NCBI GenBank assembly: GCA_001799565.1
Contig: MGTS01000042.1
Span: forward strand, 1,016 to 65,015
DNA length: 64,000 bases
From: Elusimicrobia bacterium GWA2_51_34
Lineage (GTDB): Bacteria; Elusimicrobiota; Elusimicrobia; Elusimicrobiales; UBA9959
Direction of reading: 5' to 3'
A model generated the notes under the pieces. That model did not search any database. It was given only the letters and a program-made list of their open reading frames with translations, and was not told where the DNA came from. The translations under genes were made by a program, and so were the position numbers. Shown in pieces: positions 1 through 9,500 of the stretch (position 1 is the first letter of the stretch; the number at the start of each line of letters is the position of its first letter).

Positions 1-132
1 ATCAGGAAAGTTTTCTCCGAAAAGCCGGGAGAATTTGACCCAAGAAAGTATCTTGGCCCCGCGCGCGAAGAATTGATAAAAATGTACATGGACAAAAACA
101 AGGATGTACTGGGCTCGGCCGGCAGAGTCTAG
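1..132 (+). CDS. 3' end of a class II fructose-bisphosphate aldolase-like gene (partial, runs off the window)
   Basis: Frame-1 reading frame is open from base 1 to TAG at 130-132. The tail ...EFDPRKYLGPAREELIKMYMDKNKDVLGSAGRV resembles FbaA-type aldolase C-termini (DPRKYxGPxR) from memory. Confidence 0.45.
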   Translation: MRKVFSEKPGEFDPRKYLGPAREELIKMYMDKNKDVLGSAGRV

Positions 133-296
133 TATTGCGACACGCGCAATACTAGACAGTGACAAGAGCACATGAGCACAGGAACACAAGTTTAAAGAAA
201 TGAAATATTAGAAAACTTGAATCCTAAATTTTAAATCTTCAACCTTTTCTCTCTCCCCTCTTGCTTGTGCTCTTGTGGCTTGTGCTCCTGCTACTT

Positions 297-1556
297 ATGA
301 CTTACGACCTTATCATAGTCGGCGGCGGAGCCTCGGGGCTGTCCGCCGCCTGCGCGGCCTCGAAAGCAGGCGGCAAAGTTCTGGTTTTGGAAAAGAACCA
401 TGTACCGGGCCGCAAAATTCTTTCCACAGGCGCGGGAAAATGCAACTTCAGCAACCTTGAAATTTCACCCGGCTTTTACCATTCCCGCAATCCGGCCTTC
501 CTCTCCCTGACATTTAAAGCTCTGCCCCCGGAGGAAATACCCGCGTTCTTTGAGGGGCTCGGCTTGCTTTGGACGCGCGCGGAACGGGGCCGTCTTTTTC
601 CCAGATCCATGAAAGCCCATGATGTGGTCAGCGTGCTGGTAAACCGGATGGGCACGTTGGGAGTCAATCTCCTTACGCTCTCGGAAGTGACGGAGATAAA
701 AAAAGAAAAAAACGGTTTCCTGGTGGCGGCGCGCAAAGTCGCGCCCAAATGGGAAAAGAACGCCCCATCAGGCGAGAAAACGGTCTACCGTGCCGCAAGG
801 GTAATACTTGCGGCAGGGGGGGCGGCCGGCCCGCGCTTGGGCGGCTCGCTTAATGGATACACTCTGCTTGAAAGCCTTGGTCACAGCGTCCTCACTCCGC
901 GCCCGGCCCTTGTACCGCTTAAGGTAAAGGAAAAAATTGTCAAAGATCTTGACGGCGTCCGGCTTGAGGCCTCTCTTACACTGACCGATGGAAAAAGGGT
1001 GCTGGGGGAAACCGCTGGAGAACTCCTTTTTACCGATTACGGTATTTCCGGCCCGGCCGCGCTGGACCTCAGCCGCGCCGCGCTTGAAAACCTGGCCGCC
1101 GCGCGCCTTTTTGCGGAAGCGGATTTTTTCAGGGATTTCACCGCGCAGAAATTAAAAACCTTACTGCTTAAACGCGCCAAGTCTTTTTCCGGCCGGCCCT
1201 TTTCCCATTTCGCCTGCGGTTTATTAAATGAAAAAATTCTGAAAACGGCGGCGGAAATCGCGGGCATTGCCTGGCAGGGGACGCTGTCTGGAACGGATAA
1301 GCTCGACAAATTTGCAGAAATACTTAAAGCCTTCCGGCTTGAAATCACCGGTTCTACCGGCTTTGAAGACGCCATGGTTACAGCGGGAGGCTGCGCCCCG
1401 GACGAAATAGACCCATCCACTTTTGCTTCAAAAAAAGTTAAGGGCCTTTATGTTACGGGCGAACTTCTGGATATTGACGGGGACTGCGGCGGCTACAATC
1501 TTCATCTGGCATGGACCTCCGGCATATTGGCCGGCCGTGCGGCCGCAGAAGGATAG
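297..1556 (+). CDS. NAD(P)/FAD-dependent oxidoreductase, HI0933/BaiN family
   Basis: ORF track 261-1556. The ATG at 297 gives MTYDLIIVGGGASGLSAA (GxGxxG Rossmann motif). Size (~420 aa) and the C-terminal GELLDIDGDCGGYNL motif are typical of this flavoprotein family. Confidence 0.8.
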   Translation: MTYDLIIVGGGASGLSAACAASKAGGKVLVLEKNHVPGRKILSTGAGKCNFSNLEISPGFYHSRNPAFLSLTFKALPPEEIPAFFEGLGLLWTRAERGRLFPRSMKAHDVVSVLVNRMGTLGVNLLTLSEVTEIKKEKNGFLVAARKVAPKWEKNAPSGEKTVYRAARVILAAGGAAGPRLGGSLNGYTLLESLGHSVLTPRPALVPLKVKEKIVKDLDGVRLEASLTLTDGKRVLGETAGELLFTDYGISGPAALDLSRAALENLAAARLFAEADFFRDFTAQKLKTLLLKRAKSFSGRPFSHFACGLLNEKILKTAAEIAGIAWQGTLSGTDKLDKFAEILKAFRLEITGSTGFEDAMVTAGGCAPDEIDPSTFASKKVKGLYVTGELLDIDGDCGGYNLHLAWTSGILAGRAAAEG

Positions 1557-1686
1557 CAACGGAAGGCAAAAGAAAGCTACTGAAAGAAACACAAAGTAAG
1601 TGAAACCAAAGAGCCGCGTTAAACGCGGCTCTTTGGTTTCAAACCTTCCGTCGCTTTCTTTTGCCTTCCGTATCTTTCCGTTGCTA
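1554..1686 (+). repeat. Divergent copy (A) of the tagcaacggaa...ttccgttgcta palindromic intergenic repeat family
   Basis: Termini tagcaacggaaggcaaaagaaagc / ctttccgttgcta match copies at 16106, 26402 and 27057. There is an internal 19-bp inverted repeat, 1559-1577 vs 1653-1671. The stop codons of both convergent genes lie in the termini. Confidence 0.7.
1602..1640. terminator. Bidirectional hairpin between convergent genes
   Basis: Perfect 17-bp stem gaaaccaaagagccgcg / cgcggctctttggtttc with a 5-nt loop, flanked by A/T-rich runs, between the flavoprotein (+) and pit (-). Confidence 0.6.
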
Positions 1687-2685
1687 ACTAAGCAGATGCA
1701 CCGACAGCCAGTAAACCAGGGCTGATATTAAAGCGGCGCCGGGAATGGTCAGGACCCAGGCCCATACTATCTGTCCGGCCACTCCCCATTTTACGGCGCT
1801 AAAGCGCTTCATGGTGCCCACTCCCATTATAGCGCCGGTGATAGTATGAGTGGTGCTTACTGGAACGCCCATTGAAGAGGCCAGGAAAAGCGTGGCAGCC
1901 GCGCCGGATTCCGCGCAGAAGCCGTCCACCGGTTTTAATTTGGAAATTTTGTGTCCCATGGTTTTTACTATACGCCAGCCGCCGGACATTGTCCCAAGGC
2001 CCATAGCTGAGTAGCAGGCTAAAGCCACCCAGCCCGGAACCTCAAACTTGCCGCCCAAATATCCCGCGCTGAACAGCAGGCCGGTTATTACTCCCATGGT
2101 CTTCTGCGCGTCATTGCCGCCATGACCCAGGCTGTAGGCGGCGGCGGAAATAAGCTGGCCCTTGCGAAATAAATGATCCACTTTACCCGGTATGGCCCTG
2201 CTGAACAGGCGGTAGACTACCACCCCGAAAAGCAGCCCCAGCAACATCCCCAGAACCGGGGAAATCACTATAAAAAGCAGCACCTTTATTATGCCGCTCA
2301 TTACAAGCACCCCGGTGCCGGCCTTTACCACCGCCGCGCCCGCCAGTCCGCCCATAAGAGCGTGGGAGGAACTTGATGGCAGGCCGTAATACCAGGTAAG
2401 TATATTCCAGGCGCACGCGCCCATAAGCGCGCCGAAGATGATATGCGCGTCTATAATATTTACGTCAATTATGCCTTTACCCATAGTCTTGGCCACCGCA
2501 TGGTTGAAAATAAAGAAGGCGACCACATTAAAAAAAGCGGCCCAGATAACCGCCTGACGCGGGGAAAGCACCCGCGTTGAGACTATGGTAGCTATGGAAT
2601 TGGCGGCGTCGTGAAAGCCGTTTAGGAAGTCAAAAACCAGGGCCAGTGTTACAAGCCCGATAACAGCCAGCAGTGTGCTATCCAT
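1684..2685 (-). CDS. pit: Inorganic phosphate transporter, PiT family
   Basis: 333-aa polytopic membrane ORF with the PiT signature GFHDAANSIAT near the N-terminus and a GHGGNDAQKTMG repeat motif. Confidence 0.9.
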   Translation of the reverse strand: MDSTLLAVIGLVTLALVFDFLNGFHDAANSIATIVSTRVLSPRQAVIWAAFFNVVAFFIFNHAVAKTMGKGIIDVNIIDAHIIFGALMGACAWNILTWYYGLPSSSSHALMGGLAGAAVVKAGTGVLVMSGIIKVLLFIVISPVLGMLLGLLFGVVVYRLFSRAIPGKVDHLFRKGQLISAAAYSLGHGGNDAQKTMGVITGLLFSAGYLGGKFEVPGWVALACYSAMGLGTMSGGWRIVKTMGHKISKLKPVDGFCAESGAAATLFLASSMGVPVSTTHTITGAIMGVGTMKRFSAVKWGVAGQIVWAWVLTIPGAALISALVYWLSVHLLS

Positions 2686-3304
2686 TTTTTACCAGTATAG
2701 ACTCAATAACTTTCGCCACATGCTCGCAGGTATCCAGTGTTCCTTCCGCCACCTCGTATATTTCTTTCCACTTTATAACCATTATGGGGTCTTTTTCGGT
2801 TTCAAACAGATTGCTGATGGCCTTTTCGCGTATCTGGTCGCCCAGGTTTTCCAGGCGGTTAACCTCTATGCAATAGTCCAGCACGCGGCGGGCGCGTTTG
2901 GTGTCATGCATGTGTTTTACGGCGTTGGTCAGCGCGTGCGCGGACTGGTCTATAGTGTCGGCGAACTGCACCATGCACTCCTCGTTGGCATTGAGTTTGT
3001 AGAGTTTTATCCGATTTGACATTGAGTTTATCATGTCCAGAATGTCGTCTAAGGTGTTGGCAAGGGCGTAGATGTCTTCGCGGTCAATGGGGGTTATAAA
3101 AGTGCGGTTGAGCATGTCCACTATTTCATGCGAGAGCGTGTCTCCCTCATGCTCAAAATTTTTTATTTTCCTCACTGTTTCGTCGTCAAAGACGCCTTTC
3201 TTTACGGAGGCCTTGAAGCAGTCCGAAGCTTTTACAATATTATCGGCCTGAAGGCTTAAAAAATCAAAAAACTTCAGTTCTTTAGGGAGAAAGCTTATGG
3301 ACAT
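2678..3304 (-). CDS. DUF47/PhoU-like phosphate transport accessory protein
   Basis: 208-aa helical ORF whose stop overlaps the pit start by 8 nt. This is the classic DUF47-PiT pairing. Confidence 0.8.
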   Translation of the reverse strand: MSISFLPKELKFFDFLSLQADNIVKASDCFKASVKKGVFDDETVRKIKNFEHEGDTLSHEIVDMLNRTFITPIDREDIYALANTLDDILDMINSMSNRIKLYKLNANEECMVQFADTIDQSAHALTNAVKHMHDTKRARRVLDYCIEVNRLENLGDQIREKAISNLFETEKDPIMVIKWKEIYEVAEGTLDTCEHVAKVIESILVKNG

Positions 3305-3515
3305 TTGTGAACTCCTTGAACCGCGGGATGGTTTAATTATATCCTTTTTCTAAGATGCACCGCAAAAATAGCAGGCGGAGGCGCAGGGGGAGGAGGCGTG
3401 GATGCGTAGAGGCGCAGGAAGAAGAGGCATTGTGACACCTGGCTCCAAATTGCTACGCATCCAAATTGCTATGCCTCTAAGTTGCCACGCATCTAATAAC
3501 CGGGGTGGAGGAAGA

Positions 3516-4748
3516 ATGAATTTTAAAAAACAGCTTTATAAACGGCTTGATAAATACGCCAGAATAGACACAAAATCCGACGAAACCTCAAAAACTTTCC
3601 CGTCCTCAAAAGGCCAGCTGGCGCTTGGCAAGTTGCTGGCGGCGGAGCTTAAAGCCATAGGCGCAAAAAGCGTTAAGATGGATAAATACGGCTATGTAAC
3701 GGCTGAAGTCCCGGCCACGGTAAAAAATAAAGCGCCGGTTATCGGCTTTTTGGCGCACATGGATACCTCGCCCGAAGCCGGCGGCACGGACGTTAAACCG
3801 CAGATCCATAAAAATTACAAGGGCGGCGATATTATTATCAGCAAAAAACTGGGCGTTGTTCTTACTCCCCAAAATTGCCCCGAGCTGCTGGCCTGTAAAG
3901 GCGAGGACATTATTACGGCTTCGGGTGATACTCTGCTTGGCGCCGACAACAAAGCGGGGCTCTCCATTATAATAACGGCCATGGAGTATCTTATAACTCA
4001 TCCCGAAATTCCGCACGGCAAATTAAAAATAGGTTTCACTCCGGACGAGGAAACGGGCCAGGGCGTTAAATTTTTTAATGTTAAGGCCTTCGGCGCGGAC
4101 TACGCCTATACTTTTGACGGCGACGTGGCGGGCGCGATAGAACAGGAAACTTTCAACGCCGACAGCGTGAAGATTTATATAAAAGGCAAAAGCGTGCACC
4201 CCGGCACGGCCAAGGACGCTTTGGCGAACGCCACCCGTATAGCGGCGGACATTGTTACAACCTGGCCGGAGAACCGTCTGCCTGAAACCACATCAAACCG
4301 CGATGGGTTCATAATGCTTATGGACATTAAAGGCGAAGTTGAAGCCGCGGAGGTTTCCGGCATAGCGCGGGAGCACGATCCGGCTAAACTGAAAGCCCTG
4401 GAGGAACATCTTAAAGCCATTGTCGCGGAAAAGCGCATTAAATATCCGCTGGCGGAAATCAAGCTGGAATTAAAAGAGCAGTACCGCAACATGGGGCCGG
4501 TTATCAAAAAACACCCGAAGGTGATGAGTAATTTAATAGCGGCGGTGAAGCAGGCGGGTCTCACTCCGCATATAAAGCCGGTGCGGGGGGGGACCGACGG
4601 GGCGCGGCTGTCTTACATGGGCCTGCCCACGCCGAACGTTTTCACCGGCGGCTACAACTACCACGGCCGCTACGAGTGGGTGTCGCTTGACGGCATGAAC
4701 AAATCCGCCGAAGTCCTGATAAATCTAGTCCAGCAATGGGCTAAATAA
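3516..4748 (+). CDS. pepT: Peptidase T (tripeptide aminopeptidase, M20B)
   Basis: ORF track 3402-4748. The ATG at 3516 is preceded by ggtggaggaaga (RBS). Motifs LAHMDTSPE, GADNKAG and FTPDEETG are typical of PepT. Confidence 0.85.
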   Translation: MNFKKQLYKRLDKYARIDTKSDETSKTFPSSKGQLALGKLLAAELKAIGAKSVKMDKYGYVTAEVPATVKNKAPVIGFLAHMDTSPEAGGTDVKPQIHKNYKGGDIIISKKLGVVLTPQNCPELLACKGEDIITASGDTLLGADNKAGLSIIITAMEYLITHPEIPHGKLKIGFTPDEETGQGVKFFNVKAFGADYAYTFDGDVAGAIEQETFNADSVKIYIKGKSVHPGTAKDALANATRIAADIVTTWPENRLPETTSNRDGFIMLMDIKGEVEAAEVSGIAREHDPAKLKALEEHLKAIVAEKRIKYPLAEIKLELKEQYRNMGPVIKKHPKVMSNLIAAVKQAGLTPHIKPVRGGTDGARLSYMGLPTPNVFTGGYNYHGRYEWVSLDGMNKSAEVLINLVQQWAK

Positions 4749-4870
4749 GGTAACGCCGGCTCATCGCTTTGGGTATCGCATCGCAGGTTTGCTAAGTCGG
4801 GTCGTCAGCGGGTTTCCCGCGCGCTCCGGGACCAAGTTTTGTGGGGAAGACGTCTAGGGTCAAACCGTAA

Positions 4871-4924
4871 CCCCACCACCTGCTTGCCCGAAAACGGGCA
4901 TTCTGCCCAAAGCAGGTGGTGGGG
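4871..4924. other. Nested stem-loop in the 340-bp pepT-lhgO spacer (unassigned structured element)
   Basis: The 15-bp arms ccccaccacctgctt (4871-4885) and aagcaggtggtgggg (4910-4924) enclose an inner hairpin gcccgaaaacgggc (4886-4899). Confidence 0.4.
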
Positions 4925-5087
4925 TAATAATCCTGAAAATCGGCTACCGGAGAGAAGTCTACCGTAAATTCGGACGTACCTGAAGTTAATGAGAAGGAAA
5001 AAACTTACGATGCCAGGCCTTATGCTTCCTGCAAATCTCAAAAACTCCTTCACTATTCGCTATTCTCTATTCGCTGCCGTATATATT

Positions 5088-6290
5088 ATGCAAACTAAAA
5101 AAACTGACTACCTTATGATAGGGGCGGGGATAATAGGGCTGACGCTTGCTAAACAGCTCAAAGAGCGGTTCCCTGATAAGAAAATAATTATATTGGAGAA
5201 GGAGCCGGATGTCGCCTGCCACAGCAGCGGCCGGAACAGCGGGGTGCTGCACTCCGGATTTTATTATACGGCGGACTCACTTAAAGCACGGTTCACCCGG
5301 GATGGCAACCGCCTGATGAAGGAATATTGTAAAGCCAACGGCCTGGCCTTGAATGAGTGCGGAAAGGTAGTGGTAGCCTCCAACGAGGGGGAATTAAAAG
5401 GGCTTTACGAGTTGGAAAGGCGCGGAAAAGCCAACGGCGTGGATGTGCGGCTTATAAACGAAAAAGAACTGGCCACTATAGAGCCGAACGCAAAAACCTT
5501 TAAACACGCCCTTTATTCGCCCTCCACCGCCACCGTGGATCCGGTGGGAATCAACTTGCATATAAAAAACAGCCTTTTGAACGCCGGGGTGGAAATACGC
5601 TTTTGCGAAGGCTACGCCGCGAGGTCCGGCGCGAACACGGTCAGGACTTCGTCCGGCGCGCTTATTGAAGCCGAAAAAATAATAAACGCCGCGGGGCTTT
5701 ACGCCGACAAGATAGCGCGCGATTTCGGCTATTCACAAAATTACGTGATAATCCCTTTCAAAGGCATATATCTGAAATATGACGGCGGCGCTAAAACCGC
5801 GCGCGCGAACATCTACCCTGTCCCAGATCTTAAGAACCCGTTCCTGGGAGTGCATTTCACCGTGACCGTGGACGGAACCGTTAAAATAGGCCCCACCGCG
5901 ATACCGGCTTTCTGGCGTGAGAACTACCAGGGGCTTGATAATTTCCGCCTTGGGGAAACCATGGCTGTCATGTATTATGAAGCCAGACTTTTCCTGACCA
6001 ACTCCTTCGGGTTCAGGAACCTGGCCTTTGAAGAAATGCGCAAATACTACAAGCCGTATTTTATCGGCCTGGGAAAAAAGCTGGTGCGCGAACTGGACCC
6101 GGCGGGATTCCGGCATTGGAGCAAACCCGGAATAAGGGCGCAGCTTTTAAACACCAAAACGCTTGAACTCCTTCAGGACTTCGTGGTGGAGGGGGACAAG
6201 AACAGTGTCCACATACTAAACGCCGTCAGCCCCGCTTTCACAAGCAGTTTTCCTTTCACCCGCTGGGTGATAGATAATCACTTAAACTAA
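5088..6290 (+). CDS. lhgO: L-2-hydroxyglutarate oxidase-like FAD-dependent oxidoreductase
   Basis: ORF track 4989-6290. The ATG at 5088 gives MQTKKTDYLMIGAGIIGLT (GxGxxG), followed by HSSGRNSGVLHSGFYY, which is characteristic of LhgO. Confidence 0.75.
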   Translation: MQTKKTDYLMIGAGIIGLTLAKQLKERFPDKKIIILEKEPDVACHSSGRNSGVLHSGFYYTADSLKARFTRDGNRLMKEYCKANGLALNECGKVVVASNEGELKGLYELERRGKANGVDVRLINEKELATIEPNAKTFKHALYSPSTATVDPVGINLHIKNSLLNAGVEIRFCEGYAARSGANTVRTSSGALIEAEKIINAAGLYADKIARDFGYSQNYVIIPFKGIYLKYDGGAKTARANIYPVPDLKNPFLGVHFTVTVDGTVKIGPTAIPAFWRENYQGLDNFRLGETMAVMYYEARLFLTNSFGFRNLAFEEMRKYYKPYFIGLGKKLVRELDPAGFRHWSKPGIRAQLLNTKTLELLQDFVVEGDKNSVHILNAVSPAFTSSFPFTRWVIDNHLN

Positions 6291-6307
6291 GCTTGCGGCA
6301 ACAACCT

Positions 6308-6443
6308 CACTACACTAATGTAGTGTCTTATTAGTCCTTAATATACATCTGTCATCCCCGCGAAAGCGGGGATCCAGTCTGGATTCCCGCCTGCGCGGGA
6401 ATGACGAACATTAAGTAAAGAAGCGTTAGCGACACTACACTAG
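6308..6443. repeat. Composite palindromic intergenic element (three short hairpins flanked by cactacacta repeats)
   Basis: The flanks are cactacacta (6308-6317) and gacactacactag (6431-6443). The hairpins are cactaca/tgtagtg, ccccgc-gaaa-gcgggg within 6351-6377, and ttcccgc-ctgc-gcgggaa within 6381-6405. Confidence 0.6.
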
Positions 6444-6481
6444 CCACATTCCTCCCATCCTGCGCTTGGCAACGAAGCGGC

Positions 6482-6510
6482 TTGGAAAAATGCTATACTT
6501 TAATTATATT
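6482..6510 (+). promoter_or_regulatory. Candidate sigma70-type promoter for the PFOR gene
   Basis: TTGGAA (6482-6487), a 17-nt spacer, then TATATT (6505-6510), about 45 nt upstream of the ATG at 6555. Pattern match only. Confidence 0.3.
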
Positions 6511-6554
6511 CTTCAGAATTTCCGCACCTTATATCACCAAGGAGAACAGTAAAA

Positions 6555-9500
6555 ATGCCTAAAACCATAACAGCGATGGATGGAAACACAGCCGCGGGCT
6601 ATGTGGCGCACGCGACAAACGAAGTTATAGCTATTTACCCTATTACCCCGTCATCCGTGATGGGCGAACTTGCGGACATAAAATCCGCCAAGGGCGACAA
6701 GAACATCTGGGGCACGGTGCCCCTGGTTATTGAAATGCAGTCCGAAGGCGGCGCCTCGGGCGCGGTACACGGCGCGCTTACGGCAGGCGCCCTTACCACC
6801 ACTTTCACGGCCTCACAGGGGCTGCTTTTGATGATACCGAATATGTATAAAATAGCCGGGGAACTGACCTCCACCGTATTCCATGTGTCGGCCAGGGCGC
6901 TTGCTTCCCACGCGCTGTCCATCTTCGGCGACCACTCCGACGTTATGGCCTGCCGCCAGACCGGCTGGGCGCTGCTCGCCTCGGCCAACCCGCAGGAGGC
7001 CATGGACTTCGCGCTTATCTCGCAGGCCGCCTCCCTTAAATCCCGCGTGCCTTTCCTGCACTTTTTTGACGGCTTCCGCACCTCCCACGAACTGAACATG
7101 GTGGAGCCTCTTTCTTTTGACGCAATGCGCGCCATGCTCAGCGAAAAACTTATAGCCGAACATAAAGCCCGCGGCCTTAACCCCGAACACCCTGTTCTGC
7201 GCGGCACCGCTCAGAACCCGGATGTGTTCTTCCAGGCCCGCGAAGCCTGCAATAAGTATTACCAGGCCGTTCCCGCCGTTGTCAAAGAAACCATGGACCA
7301 GTTCGCGAAACTGACCGGCCGCAAATACGGCCTGTTTGACTATGTGGGCGCGCCCGACGCGGAAAAGCTGGTTATTGTAATGGCCTCCGGCGCCGACACC
7401 GTGGAAGAAACCGTTAACTACCTTAACGCCAATTCAAAAGAAAAAACGGGCGTGCTTAAAGTGCGCCTTTACAGGCCTTACTCGGAAACGGATTTTATAA
7501 AGGCCCTGCCTAAAACCGTGAAATCAATAGCGGTGCTTGACCGCACCAAGGAACCGGGTTCCATAGGCGAGCCTATGTACCAGGATGTTGTTACCGCCTG
7601 CGCCAACGCCTTCAAGGCCGGAGCGCTTAAACAACTGCCGCTTATAGTGGGCGGCCGCTACGGGCTGGGCTCAAAGGAATTCACCCCGGCCATGGCTAAA
7701 GCCGTTATAGAGAACCTGTCGGCAAAAAAACCGGTTAACGGATTTACCGTAGGCATAAAAGACGATGTCACGAACCTCAGCCTGCCCTACGACGAGAACT
7801 GGGCCATTGAAAGCGCCGACATCTTCCGCGCGCTTTTCTTCGGGCTGGGCTCCGACGGCACCGTGGGCGCCAACAAGAACACTATAAAAATTATCAGCGA
7901 AGAAACCGGGCAATACGCGCAGGGCTACTTTGTGTATGACTCAAAGAAAGCCGGCTCCATGACCGTATCGCATGTGCGTTTCGGCAAGAATTACATCCGC
8001 GCGCCGTACCTGGTCTACAAGGCCCGCTTCATAGGCTGCCACCAGTTCAGCTTCCTGGAAAAGTATGAAATGCTGGACAAAGCGGAAAACGGGGCGATAT
8101 TCCTTATCAACAGCCCCTTCAAGGCCTCCGAAGTGTGGGACCATCTGCCCGTTGAAGTTCAGGAAAACATAATAAAGAAGAACCTTAAGGTTTATGTTAT
8201 CAACGCCTCCGAGATAGCCAACGAAACCGGAATGGGCGCGCGCATTAACGTGATAATGCAAACCGCCTTCTTCGGCATCTCCGGCGTGCTCCCCAAAAAA
8301 GAAGCTGTTGACGCCATAAAAAAATCCATTAAAAAGACCTACGCTTCAAAAGGCGACGAGGTGGTGAACAAGAACTTTGCCGCCGTGGACAGGACACTCG
8401 CCGCTATAGAGGAAGTGAAACATTCCGGCAAGGCTACCTCTAAAATAAAGCGAACCTGCGCGGTAGAGAACTTCCCCGCGTTCGTACGCAACACCCTGTG
8501 CGAGATGATGGCCTTTAAGGGCGACGGCCTGCCGGTATCGGCCATGCCTGTGGACGGAACCTTCCCTACGGCCACTTCACAGTACGAGAAACGCAATATA
8601 GCGCTTGAAAGCCCTGTATGGGACGAGAACCTCTGTATACAGTGCGGTATCTGCTCACTGGTTTGTCCGCACGCCGCCATAAGAATAAAGGCCTACGATG
8701 GGGCCGGACTTGCAAAAGCTCCCAAGTCCTTTAAGTCAGCCGAAGGCAAAGGCGCGCTTAAAGGCCTTAAATTCACCGCCCAGGTGGCGGTGGAGGACTG
8801 CACCGGCTGCGGCGCCTGCGTCTACAACTGCCCCGCCAAAGAAAAAGCTGAAGGCAAGGAAACCGGCCGCAAGGCTATCAATCTCCAGCCGCAGTTCCCG
8901 CTGCGCGAACCGGAACGTGAGAACCTTAAGTTCTTCATGTCGCTCAAAGACACCGGCTCCGCCAAGGTTAACCGTTACAGCGTGCAGGGCAGCCAGCTGG
9001 TACGCCCGCTGTTTGAATTCTCCGGCGCCTGCGCTGGCTGCGGCGAAACGCCTTATGTTAAGTTAATGACCCAGCTGTTCGGCGACCACCTCACCGTGGC
9101 CAACGCCACCGGTTGTTCTTCCATCTACGGCGGCAACCTGCCCAGCACGCCCTATTGCACCCGTGAAGACGGCTGCGGCCCCGCATGGTCTAATTCCCTG
9201 TTTGAAGACAATGCCGAGTTCGGCCTGGGTATGCGCCTGGCTTACGACAAGCTGTCGGAAGAAGCCGGCGAAATGCTGAACCTGCTGAAAGCCGGCCCTC
9301 TTAAAGCGCAAGCCGCCCTGGCGGATGAAATACTTAACTCAAAACAAGACGACTGGGCGGCCATAGAGCAGCAGCGCGGCCGCGTGGCCGACCTGAAGAA
9401 GGCCCTTTCGTCGGCCGGCGGCGAGCAGGCCGCCCGTATGCTGACCCTTGCCGACTACCTGATAAAAAAATCCGTGTGGATACTTGGCGGCGACGGCTGG

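Noticed and set aside
4805-5053. 82-aa ORF in the pepT-lhgO spacer.
   Set aside because: It has no RBS. It spans the strong hairpin and has an odd composition, so the region is treated as non-coding and structured instead.
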